A stretch of 64,000 bases of DNA from an uncultured Planctomycetaceae bacterium (GCA_964450955.1 CAYVFI010000032.1:8491-72490); one strand, 5' to 3'. Numbered from the stretch's first letter, positions 1 to 10,397 are shown. Notes: a model not told the origin generated them from the letters alone. Numbers and translations: made by a program.

Positions 1-1235
1 GTGGTTACCGCGATGGCTTTCATCCACTCCACTACAGTTCCCGCAGCGTGCTGATTAGGCACAAGGGCATCACGCTTACAAATTGGGGCCCTGAGTTTAA
101 CACGGCGGCAGCACCAGAGTCTGAGAGCCAACGGCTACCGCAGATTAATGGCACGTACCCAATCGGCGAAGAGAACGATAAACGACGGAAGGAAGTGGAA
201 GCTGGCGACCCTATGGTTCGGATCGCTGCGGATAACGTGACAGTCTCCAACCTGATGGTCTGCGGCAGCCGTGGCGCAGGCATCGCCATTCAGGGCCTGG
301 AGGACAATGAATGTTCTTCCGTCACGGTTCAAAACTGCTACGTCCACCGATGCAGAGGTCCGGGCATCATTGCTTCCAACGCTGCAGCGCTGACGATCGA
401 AGATGCACTGCTGAGGTACTGTGCTGAGTATGAAGGCAAAGCCCACATTGAGGTCACGGGCTCAAAGGACCTGCAGATACTCCGCTGCGAAATCCTGCAC
501 CCCTTCCCTACCCCCGGAAGCGAAACACTTGCTGGCGGAATTTACCTGAATGGATGCGAATCAGGAGACCTGGACGGCAACACCATCAAGCAATTACCGG
601 GGCAGAAAGCGATTTACATCTCGGGCGCGGTGAGCCACCTGTGGGTCTCCCGCTCGTTCATTTACGGTTGCGGCCGCGGTATCATACTGGATCCGGAAAA
701 TAACCCCACCAGCGAAGTGGATGTCTTCTCAAACCTGGTGGTTCGGTGTGATGGGCCAGCGCTGTTTGTTGGTGCCGGTGACCGGCTCTCGCAATTGTCC
801 GTCAACTACAACACATTCTTCGAATGCCAGGGCGGGGGTGCGCTATTCAGTGGTTCCCGAATACGTCGGGGGATCTGCACCAACAATCTGTTGTTTGACA
901 ATTCTGGTCCGGACCTCAGGCTGTCTGATACTACCGGTCTACGAATCTTTAACAACGTGTACCGCCACGGGATGATCGAGTTGTCTGAAGCGTACGAAGG
1001 GTTGGAACAGAACTTCCAGCTGCTTGCTGAAGACGGAACCTTTCCACCTCAATTGGAAATCCAACAATCAGGCAAAGCAGATGCTCTAGAGCCAGCCAGC
1101 TACGCGCCGTGCCTCAAGTCGGCTGGAATCGACAATGGGAACCAGACGCGTCTGCCATTGATGACTAAAGACTTAACTTCAACCCTTCGCGGTGACCAAC
1201 CAGATATCGGAGCGGTTGAACGCAGAAGAGACTAA
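1..1235 (+). CDS. Right-handed parallel beta-helix repeat protein (pectate-lyase-fold), 5' partial. The reading frame is open back to the window edge.
   Basis: The frame has no stop from position 3 to the TAA at 1233..1235. Repeated motifs of the NxxGxxI / GIYLNGCESGDLDGNTI type are typical of parallel beta-helix repeats. Confidence 0.6.
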   Translation, partial: GYRDGFHPLHYSSRSVLIRHKGITLTNWGPEFNTAAAPESESQRLPQINGTYPIGEENDKRRKEVEAGDPMVRIAADNVTVSNLMVCGSRGAGIAIQGLEDNECSSVTVQNCYVHRCRGPGIIASNAAALTIEDALLRYCAEYEGKAHIEVTGSKDLQILRCEILHPFPTPGSETLAGGIYLNGCESGDLDGNTIKQLPGQKAIYISGAVSHLWVSRSFIYGCGRGIILDPENNPTSEVDVFSNLVVRCDGPALFVGAGDRLSQLSVNYNTFFECQGGGALFSGSRIRRGICTNNLLFDNSGPDLRLSDTTGLRIFNNVYRHGMIELSEAYEGLEQNFQLLAEDGTFPPQLEIQQSGKADALEPASYAPCLKSAGIDNGNQTRLPLMTKDLTSTLRGDQPDIGAVERRRD

Positions 1236-2512
1236 GCGAATAGTCGTCGGATCGGTTTGCCACGATCGGTAATCGGAATCGGTCGTTCGCCGGCGTAGAG
1301 TTCTTCGGACGGATCCACACCCATCGCACATGCGATCGTGGCGTGGAAGTCGGGAATCGAAACGGGCTCGTCAAGAATCTTCATGCCAAGTTCGTCGGTT
1401 TGGCCAATCGTGATTCCGTTCTTTAAGCCACCGCCGGCGAGAACCATACTGAATGCCGCCATGTGGTGGTTCCGACCGCCTCCACCATCCCAACCTGCAG
1501 GACGGCCGAATTCGGTGGCCACAACGATAAGCGTCTTGCCCAACATCTTGTGTTGCTCAAGATCAGTGACCAGCGTGGCAAGCGACTTGTCTAAATCCTG
1601 AATCAACAGGTGTTGTTTTAGCTGGCCCTGACGGTGCGTGTCCCAACCGGAACCGTTTACGAAGTTCATATTGTGTGACACTTCGACGAACCGAACACCC
1701 GCCTGGCACAACCGCCGAGCCAACAAACACCGCTGACCAAATTCGCTTCCGTAGCTATTGCGCAGGTCGTCAGGCTCACCGTTCAAGGCAAACACGCGTT
1801 TGAAATCGGGGCCCGAAAGTCGCAGTGCTTCTTCAATCGCCTGATCATAATCCTGAATCGCCTGGTGCTGCTTGTTCCTGCCGACGTAGCCCTTCTTCAG
1901 ATCCGCCAGCAACTTCTCACGCCGCGCTTGCCGCGCGGAGTTCACGGAACTGTCTCTCGTAAAGCTGCTCGGCCCGGATGCCGTATCGGTTAGGTACACA
2001 TAGCCCGACTTCGGCCCAAGATAGCCAGGACCGCTCGATACGTTTGGGTAACCGATAAGGATGTAGGCCGGAACCTGATCGTTGATTGGTCCACGCGAAT
2101 GGGTGATCAGCGAACCGATTGATGGATAGACGATCGTCCCACTGGTCGCGCGACCGGTGTGAACGAAGTTGGTCGCAGCAGCGTGATCGGGAAAGCCTTT
2201 GTGGTTGCACGTGCGAACGATATTGAACCGATCCAGAACCTTCGCGCAGTGGCTGAGATGTTCAGAAACCTGCGTTCCCTGTATCGCCGTGTCGATGGCC
2301 GCGTAATTTGAACCTGGCTTCCGGGTCTTCGGATCGCCAAGACGCTTCGGATCGAAGGTATCAATCTGGCAGGCTCCACCACCCAGCCAAATCATGATGC
2401 AGTGTTCGGCCTCGCCTTTGGGAAAATCTTCGGCGGCCGACACGTTCCCCGGCAGAGAAGCGGCGACACCCGTTGCGGCTGTGGCTTTGATGAAGGTTCG
2501 TCGGTTTTGCAT
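1232..2512 (-). CDS. DUF1501 domain protein (sulfatase-like fold) with a twin-arginine signal peptide
   Basis: 426 aa ORF with N-terminus MQNRRTFIKATAATGVAASLP (TAT motif RRxFIK). Conserved DUF1501 blocks are present. It sits directly downstream of a DUF1553/DUF1549 gene, the canonical planctomycete pairing. Confidence 0.85.
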   Translation of the reverse strand: MQNRRTFIKATAATGVAASLPGNVSAAEDFPKGEAEHCIMIWLGGGACQIDTFDPKRLGDPKTRKPGSNYAAIDTAIQGTQVSEHLSHCAKVLDRFNIVRTCNHKGFPDHAAATNFVHTGRATSGTIVYPSIGSLITHSRGPINDQVPAYILIGYPNVSSGPGYLGPKSGYVYLTDTASGPSSFTRDSSVNSARQARREKLLADLKKGYVGRNKQHQAIQDYDQAIEEALRLSGPDFKRVFALNGEPDDLRNSYGSEFGQRCLLARRLCQAGVRFVEVSHNMNFVNGSGWDTHRQGQLKQHLLIQDLDKSLATLVTDLEQHKMLGKTLIVVATEFGRPAGWDGGGGRNHHMAAFSMVLAGGGLKNGITIGQTDELGMKILDEPVSIPDFHATIACAMGVDPSEELYAGERPIPITDRGKPIRRLFA

Positions 2513-2519
2513 TGTTGAC

Positions 2520-5500
2520 CTATGGACTAAACCGGAACTCGGGTGAGTTCATCATACTCCAGATCAGATCCTCAAGGCGTTCTCGCCAGTCCAGATCGAG
2601 CCGTTTCGTTGGCGGATCACCGCGGCGAACCACCTGCTCCAATTCCTGCTTGATCGTACTGGCTTCTTCTTCCAGATGATTAGACCACGATATTGTCCCC
2701 CGGCGATCGCGAGCCGGCTTGGTAATTGGTTCATTCGGACGCCGCCGCGTTTCAAAACCTGGCGACAACAAGTCAGTCACAATCTGAGCCTCAGTGATTG
2801 TCGGCCGCCGCGTGAACAGTCGCAGGTGGAGTTCTTCTGCAAGTTGCCGGACGCTGAGTTTCTCCTTCAAAGCAAGCTGCGTCAGCACGTGATCATCCGA
2901 AAGCCGACTGGCTCGTCTGGCAAGAACCCCATTGGCAAACTCAGCCGGTTGCAGAGCCGTGAGGTCATCAGGCCGTTCGTTAACCGGAGCCTGCCGCGCA
3001 CCCCGCCAGCCGAACTGTTCGAGAAACGTCACAAACGGTTGGGCGAACGGCATTGCCAGCCCCGGTCGATCGCGTTCGTTTGATGTCGATGTCAGCATCC
3101 ACGCGCGGCGCGGTGAACCGAGATTGAGTGACAGAGTGGCTGGCCGGGCTCCGTCGACATCGAACGCAATGAGACCCGCGTTGTATGGCTTGCCGCTAAA
3201 CACAAACATCGAATCCAAGAGCTGTTCGGCCATTAGCCGACGCTGTTGCGGACCCGCGAACTGTTCAGCCTGGTCCGATGCAACGGGAGCCCGTTGATAG
3301 ACCCGGCTGTTGAGAATCAATCGAGCGATGTGCTTGATGTCGTAACCGCTGACGATGAATTCGTTGGCCAGCCACTCCAGTAGTTTTGGATGCGATGGTT
3401 CAACGCCTTCCCAATCGTCCAGGTACTCAACCAAACCCCGGCCGAGGTAGCGATGCCAAAGTCGGTTCACCATGACTTTTGCAAAGCGTTCGTTTTGAGG
3501 CAGAGTCAGCAGGCCTGCCAATCGTTCTCGCGAGTCATCTTGATTTCGCAGGGCACCCGCGGGAATCATGTCGTTGGAATGTTCGGCGAATGTCCACGCA
3601 GGCAGCACTTTCGAACCCGGCTTCAGCGTCACCTTGACCGCCATGTGAGCCAACTCGTCAGCAGGCACATCGATCGAGCTTGTTTTGGGAACCTGTTCCG
3701 GCCCACGTTTCAGCATTGCAGCCAGGGAGAACAAATCTTTCTGCTGCACGTCATGGCTGGGGGCGTCGTGGCAGCGGGCACACTGCATTTGGATGCCGAG
3801 GAAGGCCTGGCCAATGATGTGCGATTTCGCGGCCATCGGAACGTCATTTTCTGACGCCATGCCGAACCCGGCCGGACCACCTTCAAACTTGCCACCCTCC
3901 ATCATGACTAGTTCGGTCACGAACCGATCGAAGGGTTTGTTCTCGAGGAATGACTCGTGAATCCACCACCGAAACGGCCCGGTGTTGTTAAGCGACGGGT
4001 TCACGATATTCGGATTCTCAGCCAGCACGTCCTGCCAGTAACCAACCCAATGATCGGCCCAGCCCTCTTCAGCCAACAGGCGATCAATCGCCCTGCCCCG
4101 CCTCGTCTGCGGCGTGTCGGCAAGGAAAGACTCAATGTGTGCACGTCCCGGAATGGTTCCGATGGTGTCTAAAGTGGCTCGTCGCAGGAACTCCAGATCG
4201 GCAAGTGGCCTGGCGACTGACACACTCTGTTCGGCGAGACCGCGATCAATGAACTGATCGATGGTTTGGGTGCGATCGTGTTGTCGGGCGGCAACATATT
4301 TGCGCGCCAGATCGTGGCGGAATTTCCAGTACTCAGTTTCCGTGGAACCAACCTCGTCACGGCGCCGTTTGTTGATCGCGATAAGCTGCTTGCGGTTCCA
4401 TTCCTGGAACTCGCTCCAGCCATCATCGGTCACATCAAACGACTGCCCAAAACTCACAATGCGAAAGTCACCAGACGCATCCGCGATACTGACCGAAGCG
4501 TCGCCCATTTCCGGCCGCCTGTTTTTCAAGCCGACCAGAATCTCCAGCCGCAGTCGGTGCGACTCATCGTTGCCATCAATCTCAACTACCGCCTGCCGAT
4601 CGCCCCGCTGCAATGGTCGAATGTTTGGGCTGTGGCTTCGATCGAGTTCCCAAATGGGACCGTTCGCATCAACCGTAATTTTGTACGGCTGCGTCTCTGC
4701 AACTTTCTGGTCATCAACAAACAGTCGCGACATCTCACGCGATCGAAGCAGGATGCGGTGCTCGCCTGAAGGAATTACGACATCGGCGTGAGCTCGAACC
4801 AAAAACGGTGTCGGGCGAGCCGTATGTACGCCACGTTCGTTGTACCGCTTTGGCAGCTCGGGGAATGCAAAGATGTCCGATGTAAACGACTCAGCAAATT
4901 TGGTTCCCCGGAAGTTCCAACCGTTGGGAACGCGTTCCAGAATCTCAACCAGTACTTTGTTTTGAGGAACCACAACCGGGGGAAGCGTGGGTGCGTTGTA
5001 CCGATAGCGCTGAGCAATCCGCGTGGCCGGTAATGCTCGGCGGTGAATCGCAATTTCATCCATTCGCCCGACGAACGAACTACCCGGGTTCCCGCCCATC
5101 GCAGCACCAATCCAGACCTCATCGTCATTCACCATCGGCGCGCGGGTCGTGTCACCGCCGAGTCCCCACTTGCCCGTAACACGTTCGCCATCGATGTAGC
5201 CGCGAACACTGCCCTTCTTCCCAAAGGTGTAGGTCAGCGCGACGTGGTGCCAGCCGTCGCCGACAGAGAACGTTTGGTTGGACTCCCACCGGTGATATTC
5301 GTTGCCTTCACCGCGGCTACGAAACAAGAACGAAAGCCCCGCGCTGCCGCTTTTCCTTTGCAGACGGAGGGCCCAGTTGTGGTTCTCTTTGACCTGCCCT
5401 GCCAGGTAAGTTCGCCCTTTGCCGATGATGTATGAATAACCGCCCGGCAGCCTGGTCGGAGCCACCCAAGCTTCGATTGTCATGCTGTCGCCAAGGTCAA

Positions 5501-5786
5501 AATCGAACGGGCTGTTTTCGCCGGGATCAGCGATCCGAAGATAGCTCCTACCGTTCAGCTTCAGCGCCGAATTATCTTCGGCGAACAGAGGGAACTCAGG
5601 CCCCATCGGCCCGGGTACTGTTTCAGGCTGTCCCACCAACTGCTGTTTGAAGTCGCCGCCAGTCGCAACCTCCACGAAGGACCAGTGAGCCGCGGGCTGA
5701 TCGCGGTGCAGTTGCTCAACGTGCTTGACCTGCGCAGTTGCGGGAAGGGCCACGGTGAAAATGGTAAGGATCGTGCGGTAGTGCAT
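2520..5786 (-). CDS. DUF1549/DUF1553 (PSCyt/PSD-type) protein with a LamG-like domain; signal peptide
   Basis: 1088 aa ORF with an N-terminal signal peptide (MHYRTILTIFTVALPATAQ). It carries a CARCHDAPSHD motif (DUF1549-like) and a WWIHESFLENKPFDRF block (DUF1553-like). An 8 nt gap separates it from the DUF1501 gene. Confidence 0.85.
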   Translation of the reverse strand: MHYRTILTIFTVALPATAQVKHVEQLHRDQPAAHWSFVEVATGGDFKQQLVGQPETVPGPMGPEFPLFAEDNSALKLNGRSYLRIADPGENSPFDFDLGDSMTIEAWVAPTRLPGGYSYIIGKGRTYLAGQVKENHNWALRLQRKSGSAGLSFLFRSRGEGNEYHRWESNQTFSVGDGWHHVALTYTFGKKGSVRGYIDGERVTGKWGLGGDTTRAPMVNDDEVWIGAAMGGNPGSSFVGRMDEIAIHRRALPATRIAQRYRYNAPTLPPVVVPQNKVLVEILERVPNGWNFRGTKFAESFTSDIFAFPELPKRYNERGVHTARPTPFLVRAHADVVIPSGEHRILLRSREMSRLFVDDQKVAETQPYKITVDANGPIWELDRSHSPNIRPLQRGDRQAVVEIDGNDESHRLRLEILVGLKNRRPEMGDASVSIADASGDFRIVSFGQSFDVTDDGWSEFQEWNRKQLIAINKRRRDEVGSTETEYWKFRHDLARKYVAARQHDRTQTIDQFIDRGLAEQSVSVARPLADLEFLRRATLDTIGTIPGRAHIESFLADTPQTRRGRAIDRLLAEEGWADHWVGYWQDVLAENPNIVNPSLNNTGPFRWWIHESFLENKPFDRFVTELVMMEGGKFEGGPAGFGMASENDVPMAAKSHIIGQAFLGIQMQCARCHDAPSHDVQQKDLFSLAAMLKRGPEQVPKTSSIDVPADELAHMAVKVTLKPGSKVLPAWTFAEHSNDMIPAGALRNQDDSRERLAGLLTLPQNERFAKVMVNRLWHRYLGRGLVEYLDDWEGVEPSHPKLLEWLANEFIVSGYDIKHIARLILNSRVYQRAPVASDQAEQFAGPQQRRLMAEQLLDSMFVFSGKPYNAGLIAFDVDGARPATLSLNLGSPRRAWMLTSTSNERDRPGLAMPFAQPFVTFLEQFGWRGARQAPVNERPDDLTALQPAEFANGVLARRASRLSDDHVLTQLALKEKLSVRQLAEELHLRLFTRRPTITEAQIVTDLLSPGFETRRRPNEPITKPARDRRGTISWSNHLEEEASTIKQELEQVVRRGDPPTKRLDLDWRERLEDLIWSMMNSPEFRFSP

Positions 5787-5969
5787 TCTGAACCCAGTAT
5801 TCGAACCGATTCAGCATACCGACTCTGATGCACTCCGGGCGAGACAAGTCTCGAAATCACAACCAGCAGTCTGCCCATTTACGCGGTTCAGCCCATCATT
5901 GCGTCCCTCTTCTGTCGCCTGACAGGGGATTGATCATCGAAGGCCAGTCCTTTCAACACCAACGATAGA

Positions 5970-6629
5970 TTAGAACACAACATTGGAAGGCCCAATTTCA
6001 GAGTTTTGAAACTGCCTCTCCTCAGGAAGTGCATTCTGGATCAGATCCGAGAGTTCGCGGAACACTATGTCATCATTGATTTTGATTCCCGGAGCCGCTT
6101 TTTCCAAATACTCCAATCCATCTTTAGTTACGTTCGTCCCCGACAGATCTACAAACCGTAGTTTCTTGAGTTTGGCAATTTCCTGAATTCCGCTATCGGA
6201 AATGACCGTACCTGAAAGATCTAAATGCTTAATATCTGGTAAGTGTGCAAGAAGATCATGGATATTCTCATCAGTTAGTTTTTTAGACCCGCTCAGATTG
6301 ACATCCGAAAGCTCACTAAAAGGGAGCCGCACTAATTCGACCGCACTTTCGACCATTGACTGGTGACAAAACGGCCTCTGAGCTCCCGTTGAATCGCAGT
6401 AAAGCGACAACGTCGATCGACCGTCAAGCAATTCAACTAAGCGTTCTTGTTGATGGATATTATTTAGGCGAAGCCAGGCATAACCTACCAGAACACAGGA
6501 TGCCACCAAAGCAGGAAGAAACCTTCGGAGGCTGGGGCGCATAAGGGAAACCAAGTTTGCTTTGCTCACGGCAACACTCTTTCCACACACCCAAGTGAAA
6601 GTGAAAGCAGGGTGGGCAACGCCCACCAC
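5970..6629 (-). CDS. Leucine-rich repeat protein with an N-terminal membrane anchor
   Basis: 219 aa ORF with a hydrophobic N-terminal segment. It contains LRR-like repeats (LDLSGTVISDSGIQEIAKLKKLRFVDLSGTNVTKDGLEYL). Confidence 0.5.
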   Translation of the reverse strand: MVGVAHPAFTFTWVCGKSVAVSKANLVSLMRPSLRRFLPALVASCVLVGYAWLRLNNIHQQERLVELLDGRSTLSLYCDSTGAQRPFCHQSMVESAVELVRLPFSELSDVNLSGSKKLTDENIHDLLAHLPDIKHLDLSGTVISDSGIQEIAKLKKLRFVDLSGTNVTKDGLEYLEKAAPGIKINDDIVFRELSDLIQNALPEERQFQNSEIGPSNVVF

Positions 6630-6941
6630 CGATCGTGTGTTGGCATTGCTACGTCCTCGCCAGTGACCACACGGACGTCCGGAGTGCTAAATCGGTACCG
6701 TTGCTCCGCCCGCCGAATCGGCGGCAGCCCGTAGTCAATCGCGAGGTCCTGGAGGTACGCAATCTCAGAAGTCGAATGCAACCCGCTGTCGACATCGACG
6801 CGATACACCGGGACTTGGGGAATGAGACACAGCAACACGGGTACTACCAGCATTAGATTGCCCATTCGTGGTTGTGAAAGCAGAAAAAGCGACCGCAAAC
6901 TGAGTCTGCGGTCGCTTCGAATTTTGGCTGGCTACGGACTA

Positions 6942-8291
6942 TTACTCGCCGTCAGCGTCGCCTTTCTTCTCAGACTTGGCGTCTTTTTTCTCTTCCGAGT
7001 CGCCATCGTCTTCTTCAGATTCTTCTTCGTCTTCATCGTGGTTGCTGAGATCAACTTCGTGGCCGGCTTCGGCCATGAGTGTCTCAAGAGCTTTGTCGAG
7101 ACTAGCACCGCGAACGTTCTTGTAGCGAATTTTGCCTTCACCATCGAGGACATAGATTGTCGGCCAAGCGCTGACATTCCATGCTTTTGAAATTGGTCCG
7201 CGGGTGCCTTCCGGGCCATTCCAAAAACTACGCCACGAGATGTTCTCTTCTTCAAGAACGTCCTTCAGCTTTTCTCGATCACCGTCGCTGTTAACGCCAA
7301 TCAAAGCAAATGGTTTACCTGCGAGCTTCTTCACGAGCGACCGCTCGTGAGGGTACATAGCCCGGCAAGGTCCTCACCAATTGCCCCAGAAATCCAGCAA
7401 CACAATTTTGCCTCGATAGTCGGTGAGTTTGAACTCAACACCATCCAGGTCTTCGGCTGCGATTTCCGGAGCTTCTTTGCCAATGCTTAAGTACTGAATT
7501 TCGAACAGCGCGTCCTTCGCACTGTCGCCGATTGGTACCCCGCGTCGTTCGACAGAGGCGTACTTCTTCACCACGGTTTCGTAGAGCGCCTCAACTTCTT
7601 TCAGCGTCTCACCCTCGGCACCACGTGCCATCAGGTCGGCTAACGACATCGTCGCCAGAGCCTTTACAGTTTCGGAAGGGTTCTCTTTGATCAGCGATCG
7701 AAACCGTGCTTCGGCTTTCGGGCGAGGTACACCAAAGCCAGAGACTCCCACGACCAGCTCCATGGCTTCGCTGTCGGCGTAGTTTTCAAACATGAAGTCC
7801 AAAGCCGATTGCCGTTTCTCAGCCGGTCCATTGGCGGCAATCCACGCCATCGATTGAGCAGCAATCTGCTCCATCTCAGCCAGATATTGTTCTCTATCGG
7901 GTTGTCCCTTTGATTTCAGATATTTGGTGACCGCGTCGCGACCTTCCTTAGCTGCCTCGCGATAGCCTTTCATGAAGTTCTTGTCACGTGTCGCCTTCAT
8001 GAACTCCTGAGTCTTGCTGTCGTAAGAATCAGTCAGACTCCTGACGGCATCGAGAGCCGGGGTCTTCACGACTTCTTTGACGGCTTCCTTTTCAGGAGCA
8101 TCTTCGTCTTTCGAGTCATCTTCTTCTTTGGCGTCTTTCTTTGCTTCTTCCTTTTCGCCCTTTTCCTGGTCTTCAGCCTTCTTGTCTTCCTGAACCGGAG
8201 CAAAGGCTACCGGATCTGGTTCAAACGCGTTTGTCGCGTCGAGGCCGAACAACAGCAAGAGGCCGGCGATCAATATGCCGGAGTGCCGCAT
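6942..8291 (-). CDS. TlpA/ResA-like thioredoxin-family protein, candidate selenoprotein. An in-frame TGA at 7374..7376 is read as Sec, giving the motif W-U-G-P-C.
   Basis: ORFs 7374..8456 (ending ...KIVLLDFWGNW*) and 6942..7358 are in the same frame and separated only by a TGA. Translating through it gives FWGNW-U-GPCRAMYPHERSLVKKLAGKPFALIGVNSD, a textbook thioredoxin WCGPC active site with Sec in place of the first Cys. The probable start is MRHSGILIAGLLLLFG at 8291 (signal peptide). Acidic K/E/D-rich low-complexity regions follow the signal peptide and occupy the C-terminus. Confidence 0.6.
7331..7350 (-). promoter_or_regulatory. Candidate bacterial SECIS hairpin downstream of the UGA at 7374..7376
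   Basis: The mRNA 3' of the UGA is GGACCUUGCCGGGCUAUGUACCC then UCACGAGC-GGUC-GCUCGUGA. This is a perfect 8 bp stem with a 4 nt loop containing G and U, starting 24 nt after the UGA. Confidence 0.4.
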
Positions 8292-8441
8292 GGTCTGTCT
8301 CCAAAGTGGTAAATGGGGTTTGGTCAAATGGATTGTGTCTTGAATTGCATCCGACCGAAAGTTCAAACATCGGTAAAGAGCACGGTTTGTCTCACGCACT
8401 GGCATTCTGTGCCCACCAGCTTCACGATATAGGAATACCGT

Positions 8442-10262
8442 TTGAACCGAGAACATCGACCCATGACTGTTAAGTCCCTTGCATTCACGCTGCTACTCGC
8501 CCTTTCTGCTCAAGTGCTGGCTGTCGAACGGCCCAACATCCTGTTCATCACAGTCGATGACATGAGCTGCGATTCCGTTGGAGTTTATGGCTGCAAATTA
8601 ATCGGCACGACGCCCAATATGGATAAATTGGCCGGCACAGGCCTGCGGTTTCAGCACGCTCACGTGCAGGTCGGCAACTGTATGCCGTCCCGAAACGTAA
8701 TGTGGACGGGACGGTATCCGCACAACAACCGAGTCGAAGGTTTCTATCAGATCAAGAACCCGGAGTATCCTCATCTTGTGGATTTGATGAAGGGGGCCGG
8801 TTACTTCGCGGCCATCCGCGGCAAGCATACTCACTCAACACCATACAACCCATACGCCTGGGATATCGTGCTGGATGGAAACAACGGTCGGAACAACCTG
8901 AAGAACGCCGCGTCGTACTACGATTCGACAAAGCAAGGCATAATCCAAAGTGGCGACAAACCGTTCTGCGTCATGGTCAACATTTCTGATCCGCACAAGC
9001 CGTTCTACACGGGCCCGAACGATCCGAATCAACCATCGAAGACGTTCAAGGCAGCCGAAATACCGGTTCCTGGATTTCTGTTTGATAACCCTCAGATTCG
9101 AAAAGAACTCGCGCTGTACTACTCGTCAGTGCGACGGGCTGACGACTGTGTAGGTTCAGTTCTGAAAGCACTGGATGAATCGGGTGAGCGTGAGAACACG
9201 ATCGTCTGCTTTCTGTCAGACCACGGCATGCCACTGCCGTTTGCGAAAACTCAGCTGTACCGACACAGCACGCATACACCGCTGATGATTCGCTGGCCGG
9301 GCGTGACTAAACCAAATTCGGTTGATGATACGCACGTTGTGTCTGCCATTGACTTGCTGCCCACACTGCTGGACATGACGGGAACCAAACACCCGGACGG
9401 TCTGGAGGGGCATTCGTTGGTTCCGATACTTAAAGGCGAGACACAGAGCGATAGGGAATTTGTGTTTAAGGTCTACAACGAAAACGCCGGCGGGGTTCGA
9501 CAACCAATGCGAAGTGTCGATTCCAAACGGTTCGGCTACATCTTTAATCCATGGTCAGACGGAAAACGAAAGCTCACAGGCGCGACGTTGGGGACGGCTT
9601 CCTACAAGGCCATGCAACATGCGGCACCCAACAACCCATTCGTTTCATCAAGGCTCAATACATTCGTGTATCGAGAGCGCGAAGAGTTCTTCGACTACGA
9701 GGCCGATCCCGACGCGCTGCGGAACCTGATTGACGATCCAAAATACGCAGACCAAATCGCCAGGCACCGCGCGGCGATGGTGGGGTTCATGACGCGAACG
9801 CACGACCACATGCTAAACGTCTTCAAGAACCGCGGCGACGAACAAACAGTTCAGGCCTATATGTCCAAAGTCGAATCGGAATCCGCCGCTCGGCGTAAGA
9901 AGAAGCGAGCCGCAAAACAAAGCGGGCAAAACAGACAAAACGGCGGTGCGAGACGAAAACGTAAACTGATTTCTATCAAGCCAGGCGACGCCAGGTCAGG
10001 CGAACCGCTAACGGTGATCATTAACCACAAGTTGCCCAAAGCGCTGGGAGAACAGAAAGTGCATGTCACCCTGAAGAATGCCGATCAGAAGCGGATCGAC
10101 CGGCAAGTCATCACAGTCAGCGGCACCGGTCGGGCCACGGTCACATTCAATGTCGATGAAGACAAAATCGCGAATGGCCCAGTGTCCTACGCCGCATTTG
10201 TTGGCGAAAATTACGGCAGCAATCTGCAGCATGTGACATCGAAGCCAGTGAAGGTTCGCTGA
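8442..10262 (+). CDS. Sulfatase (arylsulfatase family), secreted, with a basic linker and an extra C-terminal domain
   Basis: 606 aa ORF with a signal peptide. The sulfatase signature C-x-P-S-R is present (GNCMPSRNVMWTGRYP). A C-terminal RRKKKRAAK...RRKRK basic stretch is followed by a ~100 aa domain. Confidence 0.85.
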   Translation: MNREHRPMTVKSLAFTLLLALSAQVLAVERPNILFITVDDMSCDSVGVYGCKLIGTTPNMDKLAGTGLRFQHAHVQVGNCMPSRNVMWTGRYPHNNRVEGFYQIKNPEYPHLVDLMKGAGYFAAIRGKHTHSTPYNPYAWDIVLDGNNGRNNLKNAASYYDSTKQGIIQSGDKPFCVMVNISDPHKPFYTGPNDPNQPSKTFKAAEIPVPGFLFDNPQIRKELALYYSSVRRADDCVGSVLKALDESGERENTIVCFLSDHGMPLPFAKTQLYRHSTHTPLMIRWPGVTKPNSVDDTHVVSAIDLLPTLLDMTGTKHPDGLEGHSLVPILKGETQSDREFVFKVYNENAGGVRQPMRSVDSKRFGYIFNPWSDGKRKLTGATLGTASYKAMQHAAPNNPFVSSRLNTFVYREREEFFDYEADPDALRNLIDDPKYADQIARHRAAMVGFMTRTHDHMLNVFKNRGDEQTVQAYMSKVESESAARRKKKRAAKQSGQNRQNGGARRKRKLISIKPGDARSGEPLTVIINHKLPKALGEQKVHVTLKNADQKRIDRQVITVSGTGRATVTFNVDEDKIANGPVSYAAFVGENYGSNLQHVTSKPVKVR

Positions 10263-10397
10263 CAGGCGGACGCCCGATCCGACAGTCCGATCGCGCTTGA
10301 CGAATAGGGTCGGGTTTCAAAGGGACTTGGTGTCAGCGAGTCACAAGACAATCCTGCGATCGTGTTCTGACCGGACGGGCGCAATCCGCCCCGGTGG

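Noticed and set aside
2676-5435. Numerous 60-180 aa ORFs antisense to or out of frame within the 1088 aa DUF1553 gene (for example 2676..3083, 4261..4791, 5043..5435). Similar shadow ORFs lie inside the S9 peptidase, cytochrome, kinase and purB genes.
   Set aside because: These are GC-rich shadow ORFs. Their translations are Arg/Pro/Ser-rich and they overlap long, well-supported genes.
6942-8456. Considered the interpretation that the split thioredoxin ORFs (and likewise 24017..25585) are pseudogenes or sequencing errors rather than Sec genes.
   Set aside because: Both stops are TGA and fall exactly on the catalytic Cys of two different redox families. Both are followed at 15-24 nt by G/U-loop hairpins. 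A UCA tRNA with tRNA-Sec architecture is in the same window. Random nonsense mutations would not hit active-site Cys codons twice. An assembly error still cannot be excluded without reads.
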